From Gemmatimonadota bacterium (GTDB lineage Bacteria; Gemmatimonadota; Gemmatimonadetes; Palauibacterales; Palauibacteraceae), in assembly GCA_033720355.1 (NCBI GenBank), contig JAWWCR010000003.1, positions 1-54,723 of the forward strand: a DNA stretch of 54,723 bases. The letters are read 5' to 3'. This document shows, piece after piece, positions 1-9,391 of the stretch (the first letter of the stretch is position 1; every line of letters starts with the position of its first letter). The notes below the pieces were generated by a model. It had not been told where the DNA came from, ran no database searches, and saw nothing but the letters and a program-made list of their open reading frames with translations. A program made the translations under genes and the position numbers.

Positions 1-2529
1 ACAGAGGCGCGACGCGGTGGTCTGCTCGAGAGTCTCGAGGAGGCTCGCGAGACTGTCGAGGGCGCCGAGGCCGACCGTGCCCGCCTGGCCGGGCAGGAGC
101 AGTCGCTGGGCGAGGTGGCCGAGGCGGCGGTCGCGGCCTCGCGCGAGGCGGCCGGCGTTCGCGAGGCGGCGCGCGAGGCGCTCGAGGCCGCCCGACGCGA
201 GTCGGATCGTCAGGCCACCGAGCTGCGCACGAGCGAGGATCGGGCCCGTGAGCGATCGGAGGAGCTCGAGCGGAGACGGCCGATGCTCGACGCTCTCGAT
301 GAGGAGGAACGCCAGCTCCACGAGGCGCTGGAGACCGCATCGCGCCAGGAGTCCGAGATCGGCGCCGAAGTGGCGGATCTTCGCGAGCGCTGGGAGCGCA
401 CCCGGGCGGAAACCGGCGAGACCGAGGAGCGGCTGCGGTCGCTGCGCGAGCGCTCGGCCGGTATCGAGGGAAAGCTCTCATCGGCCAGCGCCCGGGCATC
501 GAGCCTGGCCGGGCTCGTGGGCTCGAGCGCGCTCCTCCCCGAGACCGTCGTCCGTCTCGTCAAGGACGACATCCCCGGTGTCGAGGGCGCGCTCTCCGAG
601 TTCGTAGACGTTCCGGCGGAATGGGCCGCCGCCGTCGAGTCGCACCTTGGACCGTACCTCCACGGCATCGTGGTCCGCGACTGGCAGACCATCACGCGCG
701 TCCAGACCTGGCTCGAGAACCGCGATGAGGACGAGGGCGTCCTCCTGCTGCCGCTGGACCCGGGACCGCGCGCTCGATCCGGCGCGGCTCGTGATGCGTT
801 GATCTCTCGCGTGCAGGTGCGGGGCGCGGGCGCGCCGTGGATCGAGGCGCTGCTGGGCTCGGTGAGCGCTCTCGAGGGCGGGCTGGAGCCGCGAGACGGA
901 GCGTGGGTGGGCTCGGACGGTGGGCGCCAGGACGACTGGGGAGCGGTGTACCTCGGTCGTTCCGCGAGCGGGGATGGGGTATTGAGCCGTCGCGCCGAGC
1001 TACAGTCGCTGCGCGCGGAAGCGGAGTCGCTGGGGGAAGAGCTCGGAGAGGTGCGCTCCGAGATGACGGACCTCGAGACGATGGTTCGCGAGTTGCGGGT
1101 CGAGGCGGACCGCCTCGAGAGCGCCGCCGCGGATGCCGAAGCGCGCCGACGCGAGGCGAGCGCCGAGCGGGCGTCCGCCGAGAGCCGCCTCGAGCGACTC
1201 GGCGACGAGCGTGTCGATCTCCGGGGTCGGATCGGGCAGCTCGAGGCGTTCCACGAGTCCGCGGTCGAGATGACCCAGACCGGCGACGAGCGGCGGGAGG
1301 AGCTCGAGACGCGTCTGCGGGAGGCGGAGGACGCATACGAGGTGGCGCGGCAGGCGGCCGAGGACGCGCGCCACGACGCGGAGGCCCGCCGCACGGAGTT
1401 GCACGATGCCCAGCTCCTGCTCGCGCGCAGCGACGCGCACCTGAAGAGCCGGATCGAAGTGCTCGAGCGGATCGAGGAGGCGCTCGCCGATGCCGGGGCG
1501 CGCGCGAAGGCGTTGACCGAAGAGCGAGCGCAGCTCGACGATCTGATCCGGCGGTCGGAGGCGATCCTGGCCGAGGCCGAGGAGACGATCGCCGCGGGGA
1601 TCGACGAGCGCGCCGAACGCGAGAGCCGGCTGGTCGTCGTGGAGGAGCGGATCGGCGAGCGTCGCGAGCTCCTCGAGAACCGCGAGGCGGCGTTGCGCGA
1701 GGCGAGGCGCGCCGAGCGCGAGCACACCGAGCGTCGCCACGCGCTCGAGCTCGAGGTGACGCAGCTCGAGGCCTCCCGGGCCAGCGTGCGCGAGCGGCTC
1801 GAGGCCGAGTGGGACGCGACCCTCGCGGACCTCCGCGAGCGCGTCGAGCCGCCCGAGGAGGGCGATCTTGATGCGTGGGAACCGGAGCTCGACGAGGTGC
1901 GGCGCTCGATCGCCCGGATCGGTCCGGTCAACCTTCTCGCGCAGCAGGAGTACGAGGAGGAGAAGACGAGGCTCGAGTTCCTCACGGGTCAGCGAGACGA
2001 TCTCGTCACCGCGCGCGACGACCTGCGAACCTCCATCCGCCGGATCAACCGGAGCGCCGCGGAGGCGTTCACCGAGACGTTCGAGCAGGTGCGCGACAAC
2101 TTCCACCGCACGTTCCATACGCTCTTCCAGGGCGGCGAGTGCGACGTGTGGCTCGAGGATCCCGACGACCCGCTCGATTCGCCGATCGAGATCTCGGCGA
2201 GCCCACGCGGCAAGAAGACGCAGCGTATCCACCTCCTCTCGGGTGGCGAGCGCGCCCTCACGGCGCTGGCGCTGCTCTTCGCGATCTATCTGGCCAAGCC
2301 GAGCCCCTTCTGTCTGCTCGACGAGGTCGACGCGCCGCTCGACGAGACGAACATCCTCCGGTTCGTCCACATGCTGGAGGAGTTCAAGGACGACACGCAG
2401 TTCATCGTGATCACGCACAACCCTCGAACGATGGAGGGGGCGGACTGGATCTACGGGGTCACGATGCAGGAGCCCGGCGTCTCGTCGATCGTCGGCGTCG
2501 AGTTCGATCAGGCGCACCAGGTCGCCTGA
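1..2529 (+). CDS. smc: Chromosome segregation protein SMC, C-terminal part (5' end lies outside the window)
   Basis: Frame 1 is open from base 1. Long E/R/A-rich coiled coil, then the ABC signature and Walker B region LSGGERALTALALLFAIYLAKPSPFCLLDEVDAPLDETN. Stop TGA at 2527-2529. Confidence 0.9.
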   Translation, partial: TEARRGGLLESLEEARETVEGAEADRARLAGQEQSLGEVAEAAVAASREAAGVREAAREALEAARRESDRQATELRTSEDRARERSEELERRRPMLDALDEEERQLHEALETASRQESEIGAEVADLRERWERTRAETGETEERLRSLRERSAGIEGKLSSASARASSLAGLVGSSALLPETVVRLVKDDIPGVEGALSEFVDVPAEWAAAVESHLGPYLHGIVVRDWQTITRVQTWLENRDEDEGVLLLPLDPGPRARSGAARDALISRVQVRGAGAPWIEALLGSVSALEGGLEPRDGAWVGSDGGRQDDWGAVYLGRSASGDGVLSRRAELQSLRAEAESLGEELGEVRSEMTDLETMVRELRVEADRLESAAADAEARRREASAERASAESRLERLGDERVDLRGRIGQLEAFHESAVEMTQTGDERREELETRLREAEDAYEVARQAAEDARHDAEARRTELHDAQLLLARSDAHLKSRIEVLERIEEALADAGARAKALTEERAQLDDLIRRSEAILAEAEETIAAGIDERAERESRLVVVEERIGERRELLENREAALREARRAEREHTERRHALELEVTQLEASRASVRERLEAEWDATLADLRERVEPPEEGDLDAWEPELDEVRRSIARIGPVNLLAQQEYEEEKTRLEFLTGQRDDLVTARDDLRTSIRRINRSAAEAFTETFEQVRDNFHRTFHTLFQGGECDVWLEDPDDPLDSPIEISASPRGKKTQRIHLLSGGERALTALALLFAIYLAKPSPFCLLDEVDAPLDETNILRFVHMLEEFKDDTQFIVITHNPRTMEGADWIYGVTMQEPGVSSIVGVEFDQAHQVA

Positions 2530-2561
2530 CCCGGGTTCCGAGACGCGCGGTCTACGGACAC

Positions 2562-3344
2562 ATGGCCGAGCTCACGGTCGTCGGGTGCGGTACGGTGGTT
2601 CCGGAGGGGGATCGGGCCGCCTCGTCGTTCCACTACCGCTCGGCATCCACGGGCCTCCTCATCGACTGCGGTCCCGGGGCGGTGCAGGCGCTCGCGCGGC
2701 TCGAGCTGCCATGGGGCGATCTGACCGATCTCGCGATCACCCACTTCCACGCCGATCACGTCGGTGCGCTGCCCGGTCTGTTCTTCGCGCTCACGCACGG
2801 TCTCGCCACGCGGCGCACCACCCCGCTCGAGGTCTGGGGGCCGGTCGGCACCGAGTCGCTCTTTCGGATCCTGGCCGAAGCGCTCGGCGAGTTCATGCTG
2901 GATCCGGGGTTCCCCGTGCGGTTTCGCGAGGTGGCGCCGGGGGACCGGGTGCGGCTCGGCGGGGGCGAGACGCTGTCGGTCCACAAGACGCCGCACACCG
3001 ACGAGAGCCTCGCCTACCGCGTCGACGGATCGTCCGGCTCGTTCGGGTACAGCGGAGACACGGGCCCCTCGGAGACCCTGGGGCCCTTCATGCGCGGTGT
3101 GGACGTCTTCGTATGCGAGTGCTCGCTCCGTGACGAGGAGGTCGGGACGAACCACCTCTCTCCGACTTCGGCCGCCGCGATCGCCTCCGCCGCGTCGCCC
3201 GGCGCCCTCGTCGTGACGCACATCTACCCGCACGTCCGGGCGGCGGTGCCGATCGGCGAGCTGATCGAAGCGGCCGGATATCGTGGCCGCGTCGTCCTCG
3301 CTCACGAGGGTCTCGCGCTTCCGCTCGGGGAGGCTGCGGATTAG
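2562..3344 (+). CDS. MBL-fold metallo-hydrolase
   Basis: ATG at 2562 inside track ORF 1875..3344. HFHADH (HxHxDH) metal-binding motif. N-terminus MAELTVVGCGT is typical of the family. Confidence 0.8.
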   Translation: MAELTVVGCGTVVPEGDRAASSFHYRSASTGLLIDCGPGAVQALARLELPWGDLTDLAITHFHADHVGALPGLFFALTHGLATRRTTPLEVWGPVGTESLFRILAEALGEFMLDPGFPVRFREVAPGDRVRLGGGETLSVHKTPHTDESLAYRVDGSSGSFGYSGDTGPSETLGPFMRGVDVFVCECSLRDEEVGTNHLSPTSAAAIASAASPGALVVTHIYPHVRAAVPIGELIEAAGYRGRVVLAHEGLALPLGEAAD

Positions 3345-3492
3345 GACCGGGGGTTCTCCGCCCGTTTCCCGCGACGTTGACGTTTGGGTGATTCGAACGG
3401 ACCTTCTGTAGCTGCGCCCGGCCGATTCGCGAGCGGCACCGCGCGATGGGCCGGGCGTATGCACGTCCACGACGATTGCGAAGAGGGCTGCC

Positions 3493-4536
3493 ATGCTGGT
3501 GGTGATGAAGCACGGTGCGACGGCCGATCAGATCGACGGCGTCGTGCGTGCGATCGAGGACCTCGGGTACCGCGCCCGTCCCATGCCGGGGGCGCAGCGC
3601 ACCACCGTGGGGCTGGTCGGGAACGACGGACGCGTCGACGAGGGCCGCCTCGTCGGTCTCGACGGCGTGCTTCGGGTGATCCACGTATCGCAGCCGTACA
3701 AGCAGGTCAGCCGCGAATGGTGCCCCGAAGATACCGTCATCGAGCTCGACAACGGGGTGCGGATCGGCGGCTCCGACGTCGTCGTGATGGCCGGGCCGTG
3801 CGCGGTCGAATCGCGCGAGCAGATCCTCACGACCGCGCGACGAGTCGCCGCCGCGGGGGCCACGGTTCTCCGGGGAGGGGCGTTCAAGCCGCGAACATCG
3901 CCCTACTCCTTCCAGGGCCTCGGCGCGGCGGGTCTCGAGCTGCTCGCCGAGGCGCGCGCCGAGACGGGTCTCGCCATCATCACCGAGGCGCTCGACGAGG
4001 CCGGCGTCGAGCTGGTCGCGGAGATCGCGGACATCATTCAGATCGGCGCGCGGAACATGCAGAACTACTCGCTGCTCCGGGCGGCGGGGCGGGCCGGCAA
4101 GCCCGTCATGCTCAAGCGCGGGATGTCGGCCACGATCAAGGAGTGGCTGCTCGCGGCCGAGTACATCGTGGTGGAGGGCGAGCGGCGGGTGATCCTGTGC
4201 GAGCGGGGCGTCCGCAACTTCGATACGCATGCGCGCAACCTGTTCGACCTCACCGCCGTGGTGACGATCCAGGAGCTGTCGCATCTACCGGTCATCGCGG
4301 ACCCGAGCCACGGAACCGGCGCACGCTCCAAGGTCGGGCCGATGACGCGCGCGTCCGTGGCCGCCGGCGCGGACGGGGTGATCGTCGAGGTGCACCCCGA
4401 TCCCGCGAGCGCGGTCTCGGACGGCGCGCAGTCGCTCATGCTGGATCAATTCGACGACCTGATGGTCGGCCTGCGGACGATCGCCACCGCCATCGACCGC
4501 GACCTCGCGCGTCTTCCGGCGCTCGCCGCGGGCTGA
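3493..4536 (+). CDS. aroF: 3-deoxy-7-phosphoheptulonate (DAHP) synthase, type I-beta with N-terminal ferredoxin-like regulatory domain
   Basis: [11 protein letters not shown]-domain, then [14 protein letters not shown] and [17 protein letters not shown] motifs characteristic of AroF/KDO8PS-like DAHP synthases. Confidence 0.9.
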   Translation: MLVVMKHGATADQIDGVVRAIEDLGYRARPMPGAQRTTVGLVGNDGRVDEGRLVGLDGVLRVIHVSQPYKQVSREWCPEDTVIELDNGVRIGGSDVVVMAGPCAVESREQILTTARRVAAAGATVLRGGAFKPRTSPYSFQGLGAAGLELLAEARAETGLAIITEALDEAGVELVAEIADIIQIGARNMQNYSLLRAAGRAGKPVMLKRGMSATIKEWLLAAEYIVVEGERRVILCERGVRNFDTHARNLFDLTAVVTIQELSHLPVIADPSHGTGARSKVGPMTRASVAAGADGVIVEVHPDPASAVSDGAQSLMLDQFDDLMVGLRTIATAIDRDLARLPALAAG

Positions 4537-4596
4537 ACGACGCGCCGGCACCGCTCCACGCCGGCATCGGGGCGGCTCGGACGGCGTGGCGAGACG

Positions 4597-4929
4597 CTGG
4601 CCGCCGCGCACCTCGAACGGCGCGGCTACGACATCCTCTCGCGCAACTGGCGCGTCCGCCGCTACGAGCCGGACCTCGTGGCTCGTCTCGGCCCGGTCGT
4701 CGCGTTTGTCGAGGTGAAGACGCGTTCAGAGGGACCCCAGCACCCGGCCGAGGCGCTGACGCGCGCGCAGCGACGGCGTATCCGACGCGCCGCCGAAGCC
4801 TGGATCCATGCCCACCCGGGCATCGGGGCCGAGTTTCGCTTCGATCTCGTGTCGGTCCGGTATGCGGATCGAGGACGTCCCCGGATTCGCCACATAGAGG
4901 GGGCCTTCTACGGAGAGGACGCGCTCTGA
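4597..4929 (+). CDS. yraN: YraN family (UPF0102) endonuclease-like protein; start codon unresolved
   Basis: Frame 1 encodes LGRRGETLAAAHLERRGYDILSRNWRVRRYEPDLVA...VAFVEVKTR, which matches YraN. The first canonical start (GTG 4678) would remove the conserved N-terminal part, including the EPDL acidic motif. CTG 4597 is used as a provisional start; the true start may lie at 4537-4597. Confidence 0.7.
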   Translation: MAAAHLERRGYDILSRNWRVRRYEPDLVARLGPVVAFVEVKTRSEGPQHPAEALTRAQRRRIRRAAEAWIHAHPGIGAEFRFDLVSVRYADRGRPRIRHIEGAFYGEDAL

Positions 4930-5037
4930 AGGACCGAGACGGCCCGGGTGGGCGCGCCCGTCGCACGGCCCGACGATGCGGTCGACGGAGCCCCGAAAAG
5001 CCACGAATAGCGCGGGCAACCGGCCCATTTCGCCTGT

Positions 5038-5066
5038 TTGCTCGTGCCCCGGGCGGGGGCTATCAT
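5038..5066 (+). promoter_or_regulatory. Sigma-70-like promoter for SRP RNA (TTGCTC - 17 nt - TATCAT)
   Basis: -35 TTGCTC at 5038-5043, 17 nt spacer, -10 TATCAT at 5061-5066. This sits 6-7 nt upstream of the predicted SRP RNA 5' end. Confidence 0.5.
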
Positions 5067-5072
5067 AGGGAT

Positions 5073-5169
5073 GCCCCAGGCCCGTGGGGCTGGCGCGCGT
5101 GAATCCCGTCAGGACCGTGAAGGTAGCAGCGGTAAGCGTGTAATGGTCGCCACGGTTCGCCTGGGGCTC
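5073..5169 (+). ncRNA. ffs: Signal recognition particle RNA, small (4.5S) type
   Basis: GUCAGGACCGUGAAGGUAGCAGC at 5108-5130 matches the conserved SRP domain IV motif (E. coli GUCAGGUCCGGAAGGAAGCAGC). The terminal helix 5' GCCCCAGGCCCGUGG pairs with 3' CCACGGUUCGCCUGGGGC and is followed by CUUUU. It lies immediately upstream of dnaX, as in B. subtilis. Confidence 0.85.
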
Positions 5170-5210
5170 TTTTGACATCTCCGCTCCGCACCGAAGGGAT
5201 GCGCGACCCC

Positions 5211-6926
5211 ATGTACCGCACCGCGCTGGCGAGGACCCACAGACCCCGACGTTTCGAGGAGCTGGTGGGGCAGGACCACGTCGGCGCCACCCTGCGCGCC
5301 GCCGTCGAGTCGGGGCGTGTCGCCCACGCCTATCTGTTCAGCGGTCCTCGCGGGGTCGGCAAGACGACCGCCGCCCGCATACTCGCGATGGCGCTCAACT
5401 GCCCTCGCGGGGAGGGCGGCGAGCCGTGCGGCGAGTGCGAGTCGTGCGAGCGCATCTGGTCGGGTCGCGCCTCGCTCGACGTGGTCGAGATCGACGCGGC
5501 GAGCCACCGGGGTGTCGACGACGCGCGCGACCTCCGCGAGCGTGCCATGTACGCGCCCACCGGGGACGATCGCTACAAGGTCTATATCCTCGATGAGGCG
5601 CACATGCTGACGCGAGACGCGTGGAACGCGCTTCTCAAGATCCTAGAGGAGCCGCCTCCCCGCGTCGTGTTCGCCTTCGCCACGACCGAGCCCCAGAAGA
5701 TCGAGCAGGGCGCGGCCCCCGTGATGTCGCGGTGTCAGCGCTTCGATTTTCGAAGGGTCTCGGTGGGCGACATCACCGATCGACTCGCGGAGGTGCTCGA
5801 CCGGGAAGGGGTCGCGCACGAGGGCGACGCGTTGCGCTCGATCGCCCGCCGCGCCGACGGCGGTGTTCGAGATGCCCTTTCACTTCTCGACCAGGTGCTC
5901 TCGTTCCGCGGTGACGCGGTCCGCGTGGCCGACGTTCGGCAGATGCTCGGACTGGTCGACGAGGACCGTTACCTGACGTTCTTCGGGATCGCCGCCCGCG
6001 GCGACCGTGCCGACGTGTTCGGGTTCGTCCAGTCGCTGCTCGACGACGGATACGACCCCGCCGAGTTCATGCGCGGTCTGGGCGATGCGCTCCGCACGCT
6101 GCTCGCCACACGGCTCGATCCCGACACCGACGCGATCGAGCTGACGGCCGAGTCGCGCGCGCGTTTCGCCGAGGCGGCGGCCGGGTTCTCGCCGGCCGAC
6201 CTCCTGCGGCAGCTCGCCGCCGTCAGCGAATTCGAGGCCAGCGGCGTCCTCAACCGTACCTCGCAGCAGAGGATCCAGCTCGAGGTCCTGCTCATGCGTC
6301 TCGTGAGCATGGACTCGACCGTCGAGCTCGAGGAGCTGATGGCGGCGCTCGGCGGGGGTCCCCCTCGGGGCGAGCCGCGCAGCGCGCGTGACCCCGGCGG
6401 TCGCCCGCCACCGCAGGCACCCGATGCCCCACCCTCCGGACCGACCCCCGTCGCGCAGAGTGGGGGCGGCGACGGGGGGGGGCGAGTCGTCGAAGGGACG
6501 AAGGCGCAGGCGAGCCCCCGGGCTTCGGCGGACGGCGCCCCGGCGACCGGGGCGTCGGGTGGTGCGGCCGACGCGTGGGCGGGGGCGGTGGCGGCCACGC
6601 CGAACCTGGGCGGCGCGGCGATCGCTCTTCGCGGCGCGAGAGTGGAGGAATGGAGCGACGGTGTGCTCCGGCTACGGCTCCCCGCGGGGCTGGGGACCGA
6701 TCTCGAGTCGCTGTTGGGGGACGAGCGGCGGTCGGCCCCGCTCAGGGAGAATCTCGCACGGGCCCTCGGTCACGACCCGGAACGGCTCGAGATCGCGGTG
6801 CAGGAGGATGGCGCCCGGCGGATGACGGCGGAGGGGGCGACGAGACAGCGGATGGATCAGTGGATGGCGAGGGACCCCCGTCTCAGGGAAGCGGTAGAAG
6901 AGCTTGATCTGACACTCAAGGAGTAG
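5211..6926 (+). CDS. dnaX: DNA polymerase III subunit gamma/tau
   Basis: MYRTALARTHRPRRFEELVGQDHV, Walker A GPRGVGKTT and a CxxCxxC zinc module. ATG 5211 gives the typical N-terminus. The track start TTG 5172 would overlap the SRP RNA. Confidence 0.9.
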   Translation: MYRTALARTHRPRRFEELVGQDHVGATLRAAVESGRVAHAYLFSGPRGVGKTTAARILAMALNCPRGEGGEPCGECESCERIWSGRASLDVVEIDAASHRGVDDARDLRERAMYAPTGDDRYKVYILDEAHMLTRDAWNALLKILEEPPPRVVFAFATTEPQKIEQGAAPVMSRCQRFDFRRVSVGDITDRLAEVLDREGVAHEGDALRSIARRADGGVRDALSLLDQVLSFRGDAVRVADVRQMLGLVDEDRYLTFFGIAARGDRADVFGFVQSLLDDGYDPAEFMRGLGDALRTLLATRLDPDTDAIELTAESRARFAEAAAGFSPADLLRQLAAVSEFEASGVLNRTSQQRIQLEVLLMRLVSMDSTVELEELMAALGGGPPRGEPRSARDPGGRPPPQAPDAPPSGPTPVAQSGGGDGGGRVVEGTKAQASPRASADGAPATGASGGAADAWAGAVAATPNLGGAAIALRGARVEEWSDGVLRLRLPAGLGTDLESLLGDERRSAPLRENLARALGHDPERLEIAVQEDGARRMTAEGATRQRMDQWMARDPRLREAVEELDLTLKE

Positions 6927-6928
6927 TC

Positions 6929-7258
6929 GTGGACGTTCCCAACCTGCAACAACTGATGCAGCTCAGCCAGCAGATGCAGGCACGCATGGCCGAGATGCAG
7001 GAACAGCTCGAGAACGAGACCGTCACCGCGCAGGCGGGCGGCGGGATCGTCGAGGTGACGACCAACGGCAAGGGGCAGGTGCAGAAGGTGAAGATCGACC
7101 CCGGGGTCGTCGATCCCGAAGATGTCGAGATGCTCGAAGACCTGATCGCCGCCGCCGCCTCAGAGGCGTTCCGTCGCGCCATCGAGAAGATGGAGGGCGA
7201 GATGCAGAAGGCCGCGGGCGGGCTCCCTCTTCCCGGACTGGGTAATCTGCTCGGGTGA
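6929..7258 (+). CDS. ybaB: YbaB/EbfC family nucleoid-associated protein
   Basis: 109 aa with QQMQARMAEMQEQL...GGGIVEVTTNGKGQV...IDP, typical of YbaB. Sits between dnaX and recR. Confidence 0.9.
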   Translation: MDVPNLQQLMQLSQQMQARMAEMQEQLENETVTAQAGGGIVEVTTNGKGQVQKVKIDPGVVDPEDVEMLEDLIAAAASEAFRRAIEKMEGEMQKAAGGLPLPGLGNLLG

Positions 7259-7842
7259 ACGCCATCGAGGCGCTCGTGGGCGAGTTCGGTCGGTTGCCCG
7301 GGATCGGCCGCAAGACGGCCCAGCGTCTGACCTACCACCTCCTCAAGGCGTCGAAGGACGACGCCCGACGGCTCGCGAAGGCGATCGAGCGGGTCGCGGC
7401 GGAAGTGCGCGTCTGTCGGGTGTGCGGCAACCTGAGCGATGTCGATCCCTGCGAGTACTGTCAGAGCGGGCGCCGGGACCGCGAGAAGGTATGCGTCGTC
7501 GAGGAGGCATCGGACATCGCGGCGATCGAGAAGTCCGGGAACTATACGGGTCTGTACCACGTTCTGGGCGGGCGACTGTCGCCACTCGACGGTGTCGGGC
7601 CCGAGGATCTCAATATCCGGGGTTTGCTCGGACGGCTGGAAGACGGGGTTCGCGAGGTGATCATCGCGACGAACCCCAGCGTCGAAGGCGAAGCGACGGC
7701 AACGTATTTGCACCGACTCGTGTCCTCGACCAGCGAGGCGACCATCACGCGTCTCGCCCGGGGGCTCCCCGTTGGGGGAGACCTGGAATACGCGGATGGC
7801 GTGACGATCGCGGAGGCGTTCTCGGGGCGGCGGGAGATGTGA
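7255..7842 (+). CDS. recR: Recombination protein RecR
   Basis: C4 zinc finger CRVCGNLSDVDPCEYC, Toprim region VCVVEEASDIAAIEKSG.Y.GLYHVLGG. GTGA overlap with ybaB. Confidence 0.95.
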   Translation: MNAIEALVGEFGRLPGIGRKTAQRLTYHLLKASKDDARRLAKAIERVAAEVRVCRVCGNLSDVDPCEYCQSGRRDREKVCVVEEASDIAAIEKSGNYTGLYHVLGGRLSPLDGVGPEDLNIRGLLGRLEDGVREVIIATNPSVEGEATATYLHRLVSSTSEATITRLARGLPVGGDLEYADGVTIAEAFSGRREM

Positions 7843-7846
7843 GCGA

Positions 7847-8200
7847 ATGAGTTCCAGGATCGTATACACGGAAGGTGGCGATCGCGGACCGAACGGCTGG
7901 AGGATCGCCGGGGCGGTGCTCCTCGGCGCCGCTCTCGCCGTCGGCGTCGGGGTGTTCCTGGCGCGCGACCAGATGCAGCGGCACCGGCGGGATCTGTTCA
8001 GCCCTCACCCGCTTCGTCGGCTTGCGGCTCTCGGGTACCTGAAGTCCAACCCGGAAGTCGATGACGTCCCGCTCCTGCGGGACTACCTGGCGTGGGAGGA
8101 GCGCCCGCTCCTGGTGAAGCGGGCGACGGCGATACTCAAGGGTCTCGAGGACGCCCTCGCGGAGGAAGCGGCCGAGCGTGAGGATGCGGAGGGAGCCTGA
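7847..8200 (+). CDS. Hypothetical membrane-anchored protein (one N-terminal TM helix, HEAT-like helical C-terminus)
   Basis: High GC3 in this frame. TM segment WRIAGAVLLGAALAVGVGVFLA. No family recognised. Confidence 0.5.
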   Translation: MSSRIVYTEGGDRGPNGWRIAGAVLLGAALAVGVGVFLARDQMQRHRRDLFSPHPLRRLAALGYLKSNPEVDDVPLLRDYLAWEERPLLVKRATAILKGLEDALAEEAAEREDAEGA

Positions 8201-8251
8201 CCTGCCGGGGTTTCTCGGGCGCACCCTGAACCCGGCGAATCGGAGTTCGCT

Positions 8252-8878
8252 CTGAACCTGCCGAACCTCATCACGTCCGCCCGTATCGTCGCCGCGCCGC
8301 TGGTGACGTTGCTCCTCCTCCAGTCCGGGGCGGAGGCGCACTTCGCCGCGTTCGCTCTCTTCCTGGCGGCGGCGCTCTCCGACCTCTGGGACGGACACCT
8401 CGCGCGGACCCGCGACCAGATCACCTCGTTCGGGAAGATCGTCGACCCCCTCGCCGACAAGCTCCTGCTTCTCGCGACGCTGGTTCCCCTGTACTACGTG
8501 ATGTCGACGCGCCCCGAGCTGGCCGGTCTGCCGGTGTTCGACGCGATTCCGCTGTGGGCGGTCATCGTGCTGCTGGGCCGCGAGGTACTCATCACCGTTC
8601 TGCGGTTCTTCGCCGCCAACCGGGGCGATGTGGTGGCGGCGCGCGGGGTCGGAAAGCGGAAGGCGCTCGCGCAGAACATCTTCCTCGGCGCGGGGATCCT
8701 GTGGGTCGGTTTCCGGTCCCCGACGTTCCCCGAGCCGTCGGCGCAGGCCTGGACCTGGTTCAGCGATTTCCACGGGTGGTTCACGACGACCCTGCTGGCG
8801 ATCGCGCTGCTCCTCACGGTCGTCTCGATGGTCCTCTACCTCCGCACGTTCTCGCGCATCCTCGCAGGTCACTCGTAG
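8252..8878 (+). CDS. pgsA: CDP-diacylglycerol--glycerol-3-phosphate 3-phosphatidyltransferase; probable CTG start
   Basis: CDP-alcohol phosphatidyltransferase motif DLWDGHLAR...G...DPLADK. The conserved N-terminus (L)[11 protein letters not shown] begins at CTG 8252, with GGAG 6 nt upstream. The first canonical start is GTG 8303. Confidence 0.85.
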   Translation: MNLPNLITSARIVAAPLVTLLLLQSGAEAHFAAFALFLAAALSDLWDGHLARTRDQITSFGKIVDPLADKLLLLATLVPLYYVMSTRPELAGLPVFDAIPLWAVIVLLGREVLITVLRFFAANRGDVVAARGVGKRKALAQNIFLGAGILWVGFRSPTFPEPSAQAWTWFSDFHGWFTTTLLAIALLLTVVSMVLYLRTFSRILAGHS

Positions 8879-8883
8879 GGCTC

Positions 8884-9369
8884 GTGGATACCGCCGAGGC
8901 GATGCGGCCGGCGGAGCTTCTCGCGGAGCTCGGCGAAAGGGGGCAAACGCTCGCGGTCGCGGAGAGCTGTACGGGCGGGCTGCTTGGCGGGATGCTGACG
9001 TCGGTCGCCGGGGCGTCGGAGGTGTTCTGGGGGGGGGTCATCAGCTACGATGACGCCGCGAAGAGACGTCTCCTCGGCGTTCCCGCGGACACGCTGGAAC
9101 GCGCGGGGGCCGTGTCGCGCGAGACCGCCGAGGCCATGGCCGCCGGTGTCGCCGGGATCGCACCGACGACCTGGGGGGTCGCGGTGACCGGGATTGCCGG
9201 ACCGGGTGGGGGTAGCGGGGAGAAGCCGGTCGGTCTGGTCTGGATCGCCGTGCGCGGACCCGCGCCGGCGTGTGAGCGGTTCCTCTTCGAGGGTGACCGC
9301 GCGGCGGTCAGGGAATCGGCCGTGGCCGCGGCGATGAGGTTGCTTCATTCGTGTGTATCGAAGACGTGA
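8884..9369 (+). CDS. CinA C-terminal domain protein / nicotinamide-nucleotide amidohydrolase PncC-like
   Basis: [33 protein letters not shown] and [12 protein letters not shown] motifs of the CinA_C domain. GTG 8884 (or ATG 8902). Follows pgsA, as in many bacteria. Confidence 0.8.
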   Translation: MDTAEAMRPAELLAELGERGQTLAVAESCTGGLLGGMLTSVAGASEVFWGGVISYDDAAKRRLLGVPADTLERAGAVSRETAEAMAAGVAGIAPTTWGVAVTGIAGPGGGSGEKPVGLVWIAVRGPAPACERFLFEGDRAAVRESAVAAAMRLLHSCVSKT

Positions 9370-9391
9370 GATCGAGTTCCACCGTGAACCG

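Noticed and set aside
5211-6926. Programmed frameshift or transcriptional slippage site in dnaX (gamma versus tau)
   Set aside because: I found no A-rich slippery heptamer or A-run in the gene, so nothing in the sequence supports it.
8198-8252. TGA read-through fusing the 7847-8200 hypothetical protein to PgsA (same frame)
   Set aside because: Third-position GC drops to non-coding levels between the TGA and CTG 8252. An SD (GGAG) is correctly spaced before the CTG, so independent initiation is the simpler explanation.
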